Below are positions 30,327-39,444 of a stretch of 64,000 nucleotides of DNA, piece after piece. The stretch covers positions 1-64,000 of the forward strand of contig SDNP01000003.1 of assembly GCA_004524445.1 (NCBI GenBank), in the 5' to 3' direction. How positions within the stretch are numbered: position 1 is the stretch's first letter; every line of letters begins with the position of its first letter. Source of the stretch: Candidatus Thorarchaeota archaeon. Lineage in GTDB: Archaea > Asgardarchaeota > Thorarchaeia > Thorarchaeales > Thorarchaeaceae. A program made the position numbers and the translations under genes. Under the pieces are notes generated by a model, which was not told where the DNA came from, did not search any database, and saw only the letters and a program-made list of their open reading frames with translations.

Positions 30327-31886
30327 TTGACAAAAGGTTCACCATCGAATTATTGTAGCCTTTGTGGCGATAATCGTTCAACGCATATGTGCGAGGACTG
30401 TGGTACTTTGCTATGCACAAATTGCCTTGATACGAAGTCAAGTGAGTACACAATGTGCGCAGAATGCCACCATAACCTTGGAAGGATTCCAACGGGCGAA
30501 GAACCGAAAACATGTTCTGAGTGTGACTCAGAGAGCTTTGTAACGGCAAAACGCATTGAGGAAATATGTCCAAAATGCTACTCGACTCGAATTGTGGGAA
30601 TTGAAGAAAAACGAAGAGCGCTAGCTCACGAACTGCGAAGTGCAGTAATGAACATTCATTACGGTCACACTAAACTTAGAGAGTTCAATGCTAGGCTCGC
30701 TTCCGCGAAGAGAATTCTTGTTTCATTGAGAATGGCGAATTTTCTTGGCTTCAAGTGGTTTGAAGATAGGATTGAACAGATTCAAGACGAGTTCATAGCT
30801 ATCAAGAACCGTGTTACAAATCAAGCAGAGATAGTAGCAAAGAAGATGCTCGCAGAAACAAAAGGTCTCATAGATTACCAAGCATGGGAGACTGGTCAAT
30901 TTCCGTTTGTTGAAGGTGTAACCAACCGTGTAAGCCATATCGGACGACAATACAAGAGCAATATTGATGACGCACTCCATGGATTGGAATTGGATTTAGG
31001 TGAACTGACTGAGCATCTAGAAGGTCTTGATTACTATAGAAAGCATTTCGCAGGATTTTACGAGTATTCAGATCTATCAGTGAACGAACTTCCTGTGTGT
31101 GCGATTCCCGAAATCAAACTAAGCGGGAGCGACTTCCTAAAACACGACAAGGCTACAGGAATACTGTATATCACAAATAAGCGATTAATATTCATTGCAG
31201 AAACTGGCATGGTACGCAAAAAGACAGAGGTCGTATTTGACTTCCCGTTAGTCTACCTAAAATCTCTGGAAGAAGATGGGAGGTTCAGGAAGCGTCTGGT
31301 ATTGAAGCTAAAACAGGGCGATGTACGAGTTGATTGTGACGAACAAACAGAACAGGTTCTCTCAGACTACATACAGATTGCAAAGAAGTTTGATCGGTAC
31401 GTGCAAGATGATATGCACCGAGTACGAAAGATTGAGGCGACCAGTGTTAATGTCAGCGATGTGAGACTGAAAATCGAGGAACTAGTTTACTCGATTTTAT
31501 CCACTAATCAGCCAAGCAAAATCCCCGAAACAAAGAGAGGGTACTATGTTCCATACCAGGACCAGGAAAGGCAAAGATGGAACCCACAAAGTAGATACCA
31601 GACAAAGCAGAATTATGAAGACGAATTGGCTGAGGAGCTCAGGAGGACACTCGGCCATCGAAATGGCAGACGAAGAAGTCAGGGATACGACCTTGGTCTT
31701 GAACAATTGAGGAGAAATGAGCGAGAACTCCAATCCGCTCTCTCTGAAACTGTCGACCTACTTCGAAGTGGAAGAATAGTACCTGAAGACTTCATAAGAA
31801 GATACAGAGGCCTCATGCGGGACTCATATAGTATCAGAAAAGAACTAGAGCACTACAATGGTAATACTGAATACCACAAATGGTGA
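30327..31886 (+). CDS. ESCRT-I-like protein: multi-Zn-finger, coiled coil, GRAM/GLUE(PH)-like domain and C-terminal steadiness box (Vps23/37-like)
   Basis: Six CxxC pairs; GILYITNKRLIF...FPLVYLKSLEE; ALSETVDLLRSGRIVPEDFIRRYRGLMRDSYSIR; adjacent to ESCRT genes. Confidence 0.7.
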   Translation: MTKGSPSNYCSLCGDNRSTHMCEDCGTLLCTNCLDTKSSEYTMCAECHHNLGRIPTGEEPKTCSECDSESFVTAKRIEEICPKCYSTRIVGIEEKRRALAHELRSAVMNIHYGHTKLREFNARLASAKRILVSLRMANFLGFKWFEDRIEQIQDEFIAIKNRVTNQAEIVAKKMLAETKGLIDYQAWETGQFPFVEGVTNRVSHIGRQYKSNIDDALHGLELDLGELTEHLEGLDYYRKHFAGFYEYSDLSVNELPVCAIPEIKLSGSDFLKHDKATGILYITNKRLIFIAETGMVRKKTEVVFDFPLVYLKSLEEDGRFRKRLVLKLKQGDVRVDCDEQTEQVLSDYIQIAKKFDRYVQDDMHRVRKIEATSVNVSDVRLKIEELVYSILSTNQPSKIPETKRGYYVPYQDQERQRWNPQSRYQTKQNYEDELAEELRRTLGHRNGRRRSQGYDLGLEQLRRNERELQSALSETVDLLRSGRIVPEDFIRRYRGLMRDSYSIRKELEHYNGNTEYHKW

Positions 31887-31887
31887 C

Positions 31888-32511
31888 TTATACGCCGAGC
31901 TCTTTCTCCAATGATTTAATCGCTTCTTCTAATTCCTCTGCCTCAGTCATCGGGCGCCCCGATTTGGCAGAGGCTTCAACTTGGGCTGCGGCCTCGATTT
32001 CTCTCATGGCCTCATTTAATTCTTCTGAGGTCACCTCAGCTTCGGTTGTGGAATCGAAAGCTTCGCCCGCAATGCCGCTCTCAATTTCAAACTCCTCCAG
32101 ACGCATGGCGATCTCGTCTGCATTTTCGATTACTTTGGATGTATCCGTGGCATCTCCGAGAAGACCCAATATATCTGCTACGTCATCAAGAGCTTTAGAT
32201 GCCTTTGCAGTGGTTTGTGCTCGAGTTACATGAGCTAATATCTTCAAGATTTGAAGACGCGACTTGTCAATTGAAAGAGCGAAACGTCTGAACCTCACCA
32301 TTTCTTGTGCATAGGTTCGAAATGCTTCCGTGTTTCCGTTCTTTCGTGCCTCGATTGCTCGCGCCTTCGTATCTCGTTCTTCCTTTTCCAACTTGTTTCT
32401 CTGTCGTTCAAGCTGCTTTGATAGAACGCGAAGCTGACTCGTAACTTCGTTGATATCAGGCTTCTTTCGTCCCCATGAGAAGGCTTTCTTGAAGATACCC
32501 AATCTGTTCAT
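31888..32511 (-). CDS. ESCRT-III subunit (Snf7 family, Vps2/24/46-like)
   Basis: Basic N-terminal helical hairpin QLRVLSKQLERQRNKLEKEE...ARKNGNTEAFRTYAQEMVRFR; acidic C-terminus with MIM1-like EELEEAIKSLEK. Confidence 0.9.
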   Translation of the reverse strand: MNRLGIFKKAFSWGRKKPDINEVTSQLRVLSKQLERQRNKLEKEERDTKARAIEARKNGNTEAFRTYAQEMVRFRRFALSIDKSRLQILKILAHVTRAQTTAKASKALDDVADILGLLGDATDTSKVIENADEIAMRLEEFEIESGIAGEAFDSTTEAEVTSEELNEAMREIEAAAQVEASAKSGRPMTEAEELEEAIKSLEKELGV

Positions 32512-32702
32512 CCTGAAGAAGCAAGATTCTTCTTCAATTTGAATACTAAGGATGCCATTTTAACACTTCGCCGTTATCCAAAAGGCGGCTGTATAAGAAG
32601 CGGTAGAGCAACATCTGAAACTAGATTTTTGAAAACTCAGTAGTTTGTGGGCAATACAGAAGCTCTTAACAACCAATACAGCATTTTTCAGACGGGGTAA
32701 AA

Positions 32703-33926
32703 ATGACCGACACGAATGGAACTAGGCTCGATAAAGGCTTAAGAGAATTGCTCGACAGAGCTATCGATCTAGATCAGAGGGGGCTGAAGAAGGAAGCATG
32801 CCAAAAATACCTGAAGGCCAGCAAAATTTTGATTAAACTCTCAAATGCAACAAGTCTCCCCTCCGTCCGTAAGCATTACCTCAAACGAGCGCAGGAGTGT
32901 GTAGATAGAGTTCGTTATCTATCCGGCATTAGGAAGAAGACTCGAGGACCAGAATTCGGCCTCACAAGGCCAGTCACACCAATCCATGATGATAGCCAAA
33001 AAGGTGAAATGCCAGTTACCAGTCCAACTGAAGAGCAAGACGAAGATGAGATACGACTCAATGAGATGGTTTCTGATACAATTCTTTCCGAGCGCCCTGA
33101 TGTCAAGATGTCAGAAGTTGCAGGACTAAGCGATGCAAAGCAAGCAATCCATGATGCCATTATATCACCCATGAAACACCCGGAGTTCTTCAAAGGTAAG
33201 GCTAGGCAGCCTTGGAAGGGAATTCTGCTCTATGGACCTGCTGGATGTGGGAAGACACTAATCGCCAAAGCGGTTGCAAACGAAGTAAAAGCCACCTTTT
33301 TCAATGTATCAGCAGCGAATATAGTGAGTAAATGGCTAGGCGAGTCTGAGCGATTGGTTAAACACCTCTTCGATTCTGCGCGTAACAACCAACCATCAGT
33401 CATATTCATAGATGAGCTTGATTCTATAGGGGTTTCAAGACGGGGAGAAGATGTTGGAGGGGAACGAAGACTCAAGACACAATTGCTAACGGAGCTTCAA
33501 GGCCTAACAAGCAAGAGTGGCGAAAGAGTCACACTCATTGGGGCAACAAATCTTCCGTGGGACATCGATTTCGCCTTACGGTCCAGGTTTGAAAAGAGAA
33601 TTAATGTTCCACTCCCCGATAAAGCCGCAAGGGTCAGAATTTTCAAAATACATATTGATGACATTGAAGTCGCGCCGGATGTAGACTTCAATGAGCTTGC
33701 TGACTTGACAGAGGGATACAGCGGGAGGGATATCAGCGTGGTATGCAGAGAAGCCGCAATGGAACCTATCAGAGAATTGCAGAGCGATATTTCTCCATCG
33801 GAAAAAGCTTCGTTCAGATTGAGGCCTGTATCAAGATTGGATTTCCTTAATGCGATTGATAATATTCGCCCCGCAACATCCCCTGAAGACATTCGCAGAT
33901 ACAAAGAGTGGGCGGAGGGTTCATAG
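32703..33926 (+). CDS. vps4: Vps4 AAA+ ATPase with N-terminal MIT domain
   Basis: MIT (AIDLDQRG..EAC..Y), PWKGILLYGPAGCGKT, SKWLGESE, FIDELD, ATNLPW. Confidence 0.95.
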   Translation: MTDTNGTRLDKGLRELLDRAIDLDQRGLKKEACQKYLKASKILIKLSNATSLPSVRKHYLKRAQECVDRVRYLSGIRKKTRGPEFGLTRPVTPIHDDSQKGEMPVTSPTEEQDEDEIRLNEMVSDTILSERPDVKMSEVAGLSDAKQAIHDAIISPMKHPEFFKGKARQPWKGILLYGPAGCGKTLIAKAVANEVKATFFNVSAANIVSKWLGESERLVKHLFDSARNNQPSVIFIDELDSIGVSRRGEDVGGERRLKTQLLTELQGLTSKSGERVTLIGATNLPWDIDFALRSRFEKRINVPLPDKAARVRIFKIHIDDIEVAPDVDFNELADLTEGYSGRDISVVCREAAMEPIRELQSDISPSEKASFRLRPVSRLDFLNAIDNIRPATSPEDIRRYKEWAEGS

Positions 33927-33929
33927 TTC

Positions 33930-34646
33930 GTGGGAGTTAGAGAGCGCAAGAAGGAGAAAAAGGAAAGCAAAGAAGAAGCTCGTTCAGAAGAAAAATCAGC
34001 TGAATCAAAAACCGATGAAATAACAGAGCAAGAAGTCCAACCGCTTGAAGGACCCAGTACTACACAGAAAGAAGACAAAACGACGACTGAACCTGAATCA
34101 CGCACTCAGGTCGTTGAAGAAACACCTGCCGAACGAGAGATGCTGTTGCCAACATGGGGCAGTGTAAATGAGTATGAATTGATGTACCATATACCTACTG
34201 GAGAAGACGACCGAGATCTCTGGGCAGATGAATGGGGAGATTTCCTCTTGGAGTGGGCACAAAAGAACACGGCACATAAAATATCACTAGTAACTTTCAT
34301 CACTGAACAACCATTCTCCGATATATTTGGAAAAGTGAAGGCATTCCGTCTGATAGCAGAAAAACTGGTTGACAAAGATGTGGCTGAATGGGTTGGAAGG
34401 AACAAGGGGCAGCTTCGGATTTACTGGAGACCCATAGAAGATTGGGCAGATATCATCTATGCATGGTCTATTGAAACAGGTAAGACTAGGTTGGATGTGA
34501 AGACACTAGTAATCCAAGAAAGCAGCCAGGATTTTGCAAGTCTGCCTGAAGATGAACTCAAAACCATCCTGGGCATTCTGGTGGAACAAGAACTCGCTGA
34601 ATGGGTAGACAAGAAACGAGCGGCAATAAGAATTCGTATTTCTTAG
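33930..34646 (+). CDS. vps25: ESCRT-II Vps25-like protein with acidic N-terminal extension
   Basis: AEWVGRNKGQLRIYWRPIEDWADIIYAW matches the Vps25 EW...I.WR.PEEW..IY.W signature. Confidence 0.88.
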   Translation: MGVRERKKEKKESKEEARSEEKSAESKTDEITEQEVQPLEGPSTTQKEDKTTTEPESRTQVVEETPAEREMLLPTWGSVNEYELMYHIPTGEDDRDLWADEWGDFLLEWAQKNTAHKISLVTFITEQPFSDIFGKVKAFRLIAEKLVDKDVAEWVGRNKGQLRIYWRPIEDWADIIYAWSIETGKTRLDVKTLVIQESSQDFASLPEDELKTILGILVEQELAEWVDKKRAAIRIRIS

Positions 34647-34660
34647 GCATAAAGACGGGA

Positions 34661-35464
34661 TTATAAACCATGAGCCGGGCGAGATTCTCGATTGTTTCTA
34701 CGTCTATCTAATATTTCATGATGGTCCTCTTTGTCCGATGCCTTGTGATGTAACCCGGGGAAGTAGTATCTACCGCCGGTACTAAAGCGAATATCAGCGA
34801 CCGCCATTCCGGCATCAACCAAACTCGATAATACTTGACGGGCGTGATCTTCAGACCACTTGAGTTCCATCATTACCTCTTCAACGGAGGTATAGCCCTT
34901 CGTGGCTGCAAGATTGACCACATCAGATTGATCGCCACGTAATTCCAATGGACGAAGCTCGACAACTTTGACGCCTCCCCGAAGTGTTCGTATTCCCGGA
35001 ATCAATCCGTTTTCTGCAACCCTATTGACAGCCTCTATCACATCATTATAGCTAACCGACTTAAACTGCGGCACACGATTAACAACCTCAACAATCAGGT
35101 CTGCAAGACCCATCAATCCTTTTGCCGAGTGTGTCGTGGCAACGTCGAGAACCGCCAATCCAAGATGGTCATAATATTCATCCATTGTGTATCCATCTAA
35201 GACGGGTCTGGCCCTGTTTTGGTAAAATTCGATTAATCCAGCTGCGTCTGGAAATTCATCTAAGATTCTTTGCTGTGCCATGAAGCCACCAACATCAATA
35301 CCCATGCGCCTCATCTCATCCAAATGCCCTTTCACTTCGCTGACTAACGCATCGGACTCCCGCTGGAATGACCTGATATCAACCGCGCCAAGGTCGTACA
35401 TCTTCTTGAGTTGATCTAAGGTAGCTATTGAAGCGTAAAGCTCCTGATGAATATGGTCATGCAT
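34661..35464 (-). CDS. ESCRT-II Vps22/36 (EAP30) tandem winged-helix protein with N-terminal Vps28-N-like domain
   Basis: DEYYDHLGLAVLDV...GLMGL...VSYNDVIEAV...DQSDVVNLA..KGYTSV....LKWSEDHARQVL...YYFPGL; N-terminus QELYASIATLDQLKKMYDLGAVD. Confidence 0.88.
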   Translation of the reverse strand: MHDHIHQELYASIATLDQLKKMYDLGAVDIRSFQRESDALVSEVKGHLDEMRRMGIDVGGFMAQQRILDEFPDAAGLIEFYQNRARPVLDGYTMDEYYDHLGLAVLDVATTHSAKGLMGLADLIVEVVNRVPQFKSVSYNDVIEAVNRVAENGLIPGIRTLRGGVKVVELRPLELRGDQSDVVNLAATKGYTSVEEVMMELKWSEDHARQVLSSLVDAGMAVADIRFSTGGRYYFPGLHHKASDKEDHHEILDRRRNNRESRPAHGL

Positions 35465-35650
35465 CGCCAGATATCCCTTCAGACTGATTTCTTGTCTAGT
35501 CTAGACTGCTAAACGAATTTCGTTGCGTGCTCTCTTAAAAGAGAGTATTATTGGGTTCAGGTCCATATTAGCAACATATTCGATTTGAAATATGCCTCTG
35601 AGACCAATTTCCAAAACCAGAAGCTGAATCGTATTGTATTGGCACGTACA

Positions 35651-37012
35651 TCAAGGTGTGATCCTGTCACGGTCTCTAGGCAGCAGACTAGCCTCTCGGA
35701 TGTTCTCTATACCAAGCAACTGCATGGTCAAGCGCTCCACTCCTAGGCCAAGACCGCCATGGGGGGGAGCACCATATTTGAATGGGTCGAGATAGAAAAC
35801 AAATCGGTCAGGATCAAAGCCCTTAGCTTTGAATCTCTCAACAAGTAAATCGTAGAGATGGATTCTCTGTCCGCCCGTGGTGATTTCCATTCCCTTGTAC
35901 GTTAGGTCAAAGCTTTCGGTCATACCTCCGTCAGACATACTTGGCATTGTGTACGCAGGGCGAAGTTCCATAGGATAATGAGTTATGAATACCATGTCGG
36001 CACCGAATTTCTCAGGAAATATATCTGCAAGCATTCGTTCCGATTCTGGGTCTAGGTCATCTTCCAAGGTAATCTCTTTTCCAGCATCTTGTAATAAGCT
36101 GATAACTTCTGCATATTTGATTCTCTTGAAGGGTAGTCTAGGAACATTCAGATCAACCCCCAGAAGTTCCAGCTCCCGACTCGCCTCTTGCTTCGTCTTA
36201 CTAAACGCATGATGGAGCATCTGCTCTTCCATTTTCATCACATCTTCAACTCCACCAATCCATGCCATCTCAAAATCGAAGGAAGTGTACTCATTCATGT
36301 GTCGTGGAGTGTTGTGTTTTTCAGCTCTGAATACAGGTGCAATCTCAAAGACTCTTCCAAACCCGGCCAAGAGCATAAGTTGCTTGTAGAATTGAGGACT
36401 CTGGGCTAGATAGGCTGGCTTTTCAAAATACTTTATTTCAAAGAGGTTTGCTCCACCCTCTGTTGCTGCTGAAACAATTTTGGGAGTATGTATCTCAGTG
36501 AATTCATTCTGTTCAAGAAACTCACGTGCGAATCTGACCAGCGAGTGCTGAATCCGAAATATGGCATTCACTCTTGGTTTTCGGAGGTCTAGGATCCTGT
36601 AGTTCAGTCTCGTGTCCAGGTCTATGTCGACTTTTCCTTCAACTATATCGATAGGAATCGTTTCTGACCAGTTTAATACGCGGATTTCGGATGGAACAAC
36701 TTCAGCACCCGACGGAAGAAAATCTGTCGCAACAACTTCTCCTTTAACGAGCACAGCCGTTTCAGGCTTCAGGTTCTCTGAGATTTCAAAGACTTCTTCA
36801 GGTACCCTCTTTTTCGGGATGGTGATCTGAGTTGTTCCTCGCTCATCACGGAGAATGAGGAATTTTATCTTCCCCTTATCTCTGAGGATATGCACCCAAC
36901 CAACCAAAGTAACCTGTTCGCCAATAAGATCCTTTCCTATTTCATACGAATAGTGGTTTCTTCGATCCTTACCTATGGGGCTTACATCTGCCTGTTTGTA
37001 ATAATCCACCAT
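35651..37012 (-). CDS. aspS: Aspartate--tRNA(Asp/Asn) ligase, archaeal type, probably non-discriminating
   Basis: LAQSPQFYKQ, FRAE, GAPPHGGLGLGVER, PRD; His in GWVH and Pro in the L1 loop (LPSG) are non-discriminating determinants. Confidence 0.95.
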   Translation of the reverse strand: MVDYYKQADVSPIGKDRRNHYSYEIGKDLIGEQVTLVGWVHILRDKGKIKFLILRDERGTTQITIPKKRVPEEVFEISENLKPETAVLVKGEVVATDFLPSGAEVVPSEIRVLNWSETIPIDIVEGKVDIDLDTRLNYRILDLRKPRVNAIFRIQHSLVRFAREFLEQNEFTEIHTPKIVSAATEGGANLFEIKYFEKPAYLAQSPQFYKQLMLLAGFGRVFEIAPVFRAEKHNTPRHMNEYTSFDFEMAWIGGVEDVMKMEEQMLHHAFSKTKQEASRELELLGVDLNVPRLPFKRIKYAEVISLLQDAGKEITLEDDLDPESERMLADIFPEKFGADMVFITHYPMELRPAYTMPSMSDGGMTESFDLTYKGMEITTGGQRIHLYDLLVERFKAKGFDPDRFVFYLDPFKYGAPPHGGLGLGVERLTMQLLGIENIREASLLPRDRDRITP

Positions 37013-37142
37013 TGAAACGTCCTCGAACAGCTGTTATTTCAAAGCCAGAGGGCTTGGTTATGAGGCTTTTGGAGAGTCCTAGTTGCCACTATTCATATGG
37101 GTATTCGGTTGCTATATCCTTAGAGTTCGGCCTTTGATAAGA

Positions 37143-37379
37143 TTACATTGGGGCAGCAGCTAGCACATAGATCCGTTCGCGAGCATCCGTATCATGTTCC
37201 TCTTCTTCCAGCAGATTCAGCTCTTTCAAACGACTGATGGCATAATTAACAGTTCGTGGAGGAAGAAATGTTCTGGTAATCAGCTGCTGTCTAGAAAGGC
37301 GTCGATTACGCTTTAGAAGAACGTACAAGAATTTCGCAGACGGAGGTAATGCTAAGAATGAGCGCTTGGCAAACGCGAT
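37143..37379 (-). CDS. Small MarR-like HTH protein (start anomalous)
   Basis: LPPSAKFLYVLL...LPPRTVNYAISRLKE...DARERIY; the frame is open to 37385 but has no canonical start upstream of LPPSAK. Confidence 0.7.
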   Translation of the reverse strand: MAFAKRSFLALPPSAKFLYVLLKRNRRLSRQQLITRTFLPPRTVNYAISRLKELNLLEEEEHDTDARERIYVLAAAPM

Positions 37380-37483
37380 CCCACCTTAGATTTGATGCCA
37401 TAAATATTGTACCTCCATTTTATTGAGTATGATTGGATTAATTGATTAGCAGATAAGCCTTGGCCTTGGAGTAAGGAGAATTT

Positions 37484-38833
37484 TCATTCAGGCTTACGAA
37501 GTATTAATACCCATTCTCCGTCCATTCTTTCTGGTCTGGGAATTTTGATAAAATGTCGAATCAGCAGAGAGAAGAACTTCTTCTCCAACTGGAACCCGAT
37601 TTCTTCTGATGTAGCTATCTCAGAGAGAATCTCATGAGAATGCACCTCGTGTCCTCTAATTGTGTTATTTCCGATGACAATACAATACCTTCCACCCGGT
37701 TTGAGAACCCTCACCGTTTCAGATAGCTGGACGCTCATATCTTCAAAGAATTTGTAGACGATAAAGGAGCGTCGAGGATCTACTTCATGGATGGAATGAA
37801 GCAGTGGATCTAAGGATTTGTATCCTGAGATTCTTAGGTCCTTGTACTCACTCTTGTAAACAGTCTCTGTACCTATGTATTTCCTCTTTCTCTCCGATAA
37901 TGGGGAATTATCTAGCATGTTCAACCAATACATCTCAAGTTGATGGGTTCTTGTGTAATCGACTGCGTTGATATACGGAGGAGAAGTAATAGCCAAATCG
38001 ATAAAATCTGCAGCCAGAGGAATATGAGTTGCGGTTGCCATTGGGAGATGTGTACGAGAAACATCGTTAGTTTGACAATAATCAAGAAGTTCTAACATTG
38101 CTTCTTTCTGCTGACATAGGGATTCTAAGAACAACTCAATGGTTGCTCCGGGCTGTATTCGACGAATCTGTTTCTTGCGGATAACGGTTCTTGTACAGTG
38201 GGGGTCTGCATTGGATACGTCTCTCACGATGGACGAGAAGACGATCCGGAGGAAATCCCTCATTTCAGGACTATAGTTTGGTGCATCTTCACATGTTTCA
38301 TTGATACATTCCAGTATTATCCCAAGTTCGAAGAGGACGAAATCGCGAAACCACTTATCGCGATAATGAAACGAAGGAATTGCAGGTGAGTATGAGTGTT
38401 TTCGAATCTTCTGACGGATGCCATCTCTCAACTGAGGAATAATTCGCTTAAGTTCATTCGATGGCAACGGATTTGTCTTTACCTTTGTTATGAGGCGTGC
38501 AATAGGGTCAATATCTAGCCCAATCCCTACCCTATTTGCCAGCATTGCTTCTAATGGAACAGTGCCACTGCCGCACATGGGATCCAGAACAGTCATACCC
38601 TCGTCCGAGTATTTTCGAATTAGATACCGAGGAAGCTCGGGAAAGAACTTTGCAGGAAATTTATGAATACCGTGAGAAAGAAATGACTGGTCTTTGCTTA
38701 TAATCAGAATTGACCGGTTATTCGGAATGGTAACATCAGGATTGATGTTCCCATCAAACTCAAGAATTTCTGTTTTTGCGACCGAATCATCTTGAAATGT
38801 GTGATTAGCAGAACTGTTCATTTTGAAGGGCAC
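37484..38833 (-). CDS. Orphan DNA methyltransferase (N4-cytosine type, motif I before motif IV)
   Basis: HGIHKFPAKFFP, VLDPMCGSGT, ITSPPY, RVLKPGG. Confidence 0.9.
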   Translation of the reverse strand: MPFKMNSSANHTFQDDSVAKTEILEFDGNINPDVTIPNNRSILIISKDQSFLSHGIHKFPAKFFPELPRYLIRKYSDEGMTVLDPMCGSGTVPLEAMLANRVGIGLDIDPIARLITKVKTNPLPSNELKRIIPQLRDGIRQKIRKHSYSPAIPSFHYRDKWFRDFVLFELGIILECINETCEDAPNYSPEMRDFLRIVFSSIVRDVSNADPHCTRTVIRKKQIRRIQPGATIELFLESLCQQKEAMLELLDYCQTNDVSRTHLPMATATHIPLAADFIDLAITSPPYINAVDYTRTHQLEMYWLNMLDNSPLSERKRKYIGTETVYKSEYKDLRISGYKSLDPLLHSIHEVDPRRSFIVYKFFEDMSVQLSETVRVLKPGGRYCIVIGNNTIRGHEVHSHEILSEIATSEEIGFQLEKKFFSLLIRHFIKIPRPERMDGEWVLILRKPE

Positions 38834-39057
38834 TACCTCATCTTTTAGCTGGAGGACAACATCGTCTCTCGGTCATCTTCCAACTACATGATACTTATTG
38901 ATAAAACGGTCTGTTCTCTAGATAAGCATCTGAAAAATGCAAATGGTTATCAAGAAGGGGAACGAAAAACCATATGAAATAGGTGTGGTTAGTGGTTGAA
39001 CAGAGTCTTTGTCAACCCCTATTTAGCCGCATTAATTGATTTGTAGGTGAATATAAA

Positions 39058-39393
39058 ATGGCCAAAAGCAGCATGACAAAATTAGGAGAACTTCTAATAC
39101 TCATTGGAGGCATTGTAGGCCTCATATATGGAATAGCAGCTGTGCTCTCATTTCCGCTCTTCGATCCCATTGGCTTGGGATTAGCAGGAACATTGGGTAA
39201 CATTATTGGTGGGATAATACTGATAGTTGTTTCACTTGTAACGTTGGCTACGAGCGGAGTTATTGATATACCTGCCCTGAAATTGGATAAGAGCTGGATA
39301 GTACTTCTGGTCCTAGGAATTCTGATCTACATCTTTGGTTCTAGCTTAGGTGGAATTCTAGTAATCATTGGAGCTATTCTATTAGCTCTATAG
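39058..39393 (+). CDS. Small 4-TM Gly-rich membrane protein (paralog 1)
   Basis: Highly hydrophobic; SD-like GTAGGTGA upstream; similar to 40893-41249. Confidence 0.8.
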   Translation: MAKSSMTKLGELLILIGGIVGLIYGIAAVLSFPLFDPIGLGLAGTLGNIIGGIILIVVSLVTLATSGVIDIPALKLDKSWIVLLVLGILIYIFGSSLGGILVIIGAILLAL

Positions 39394-39402
39394 AATTGGT
39401 AT

Positions 39403-39441
39403 GCCCTTGCACCCAATCAGTGCAAGGGCTTGAATTTTTTT
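39403..39441 (+). terminator. Hairpin plus T-tract terminator between convergent genes
   Basis: GCCCTTGCAC-CCAATCA-GTGCAAGGGC (10 bp stem) followed by a T7 tract. Confidence 0.75.
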
Positions 39442-39444
39442 GAT

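Noticed and set aside
30220-30573. 118-aa N-terminal extension of TldD in the ORF track
   Set aside because: It overlaps the divergent Zn-finger gene antisense; TldD homology starts at about MEDLANAA
33497-34105. 202-aa Ser-rich minus-strand ORF
   Set aside because: Antisense shadow of vps4/vps25
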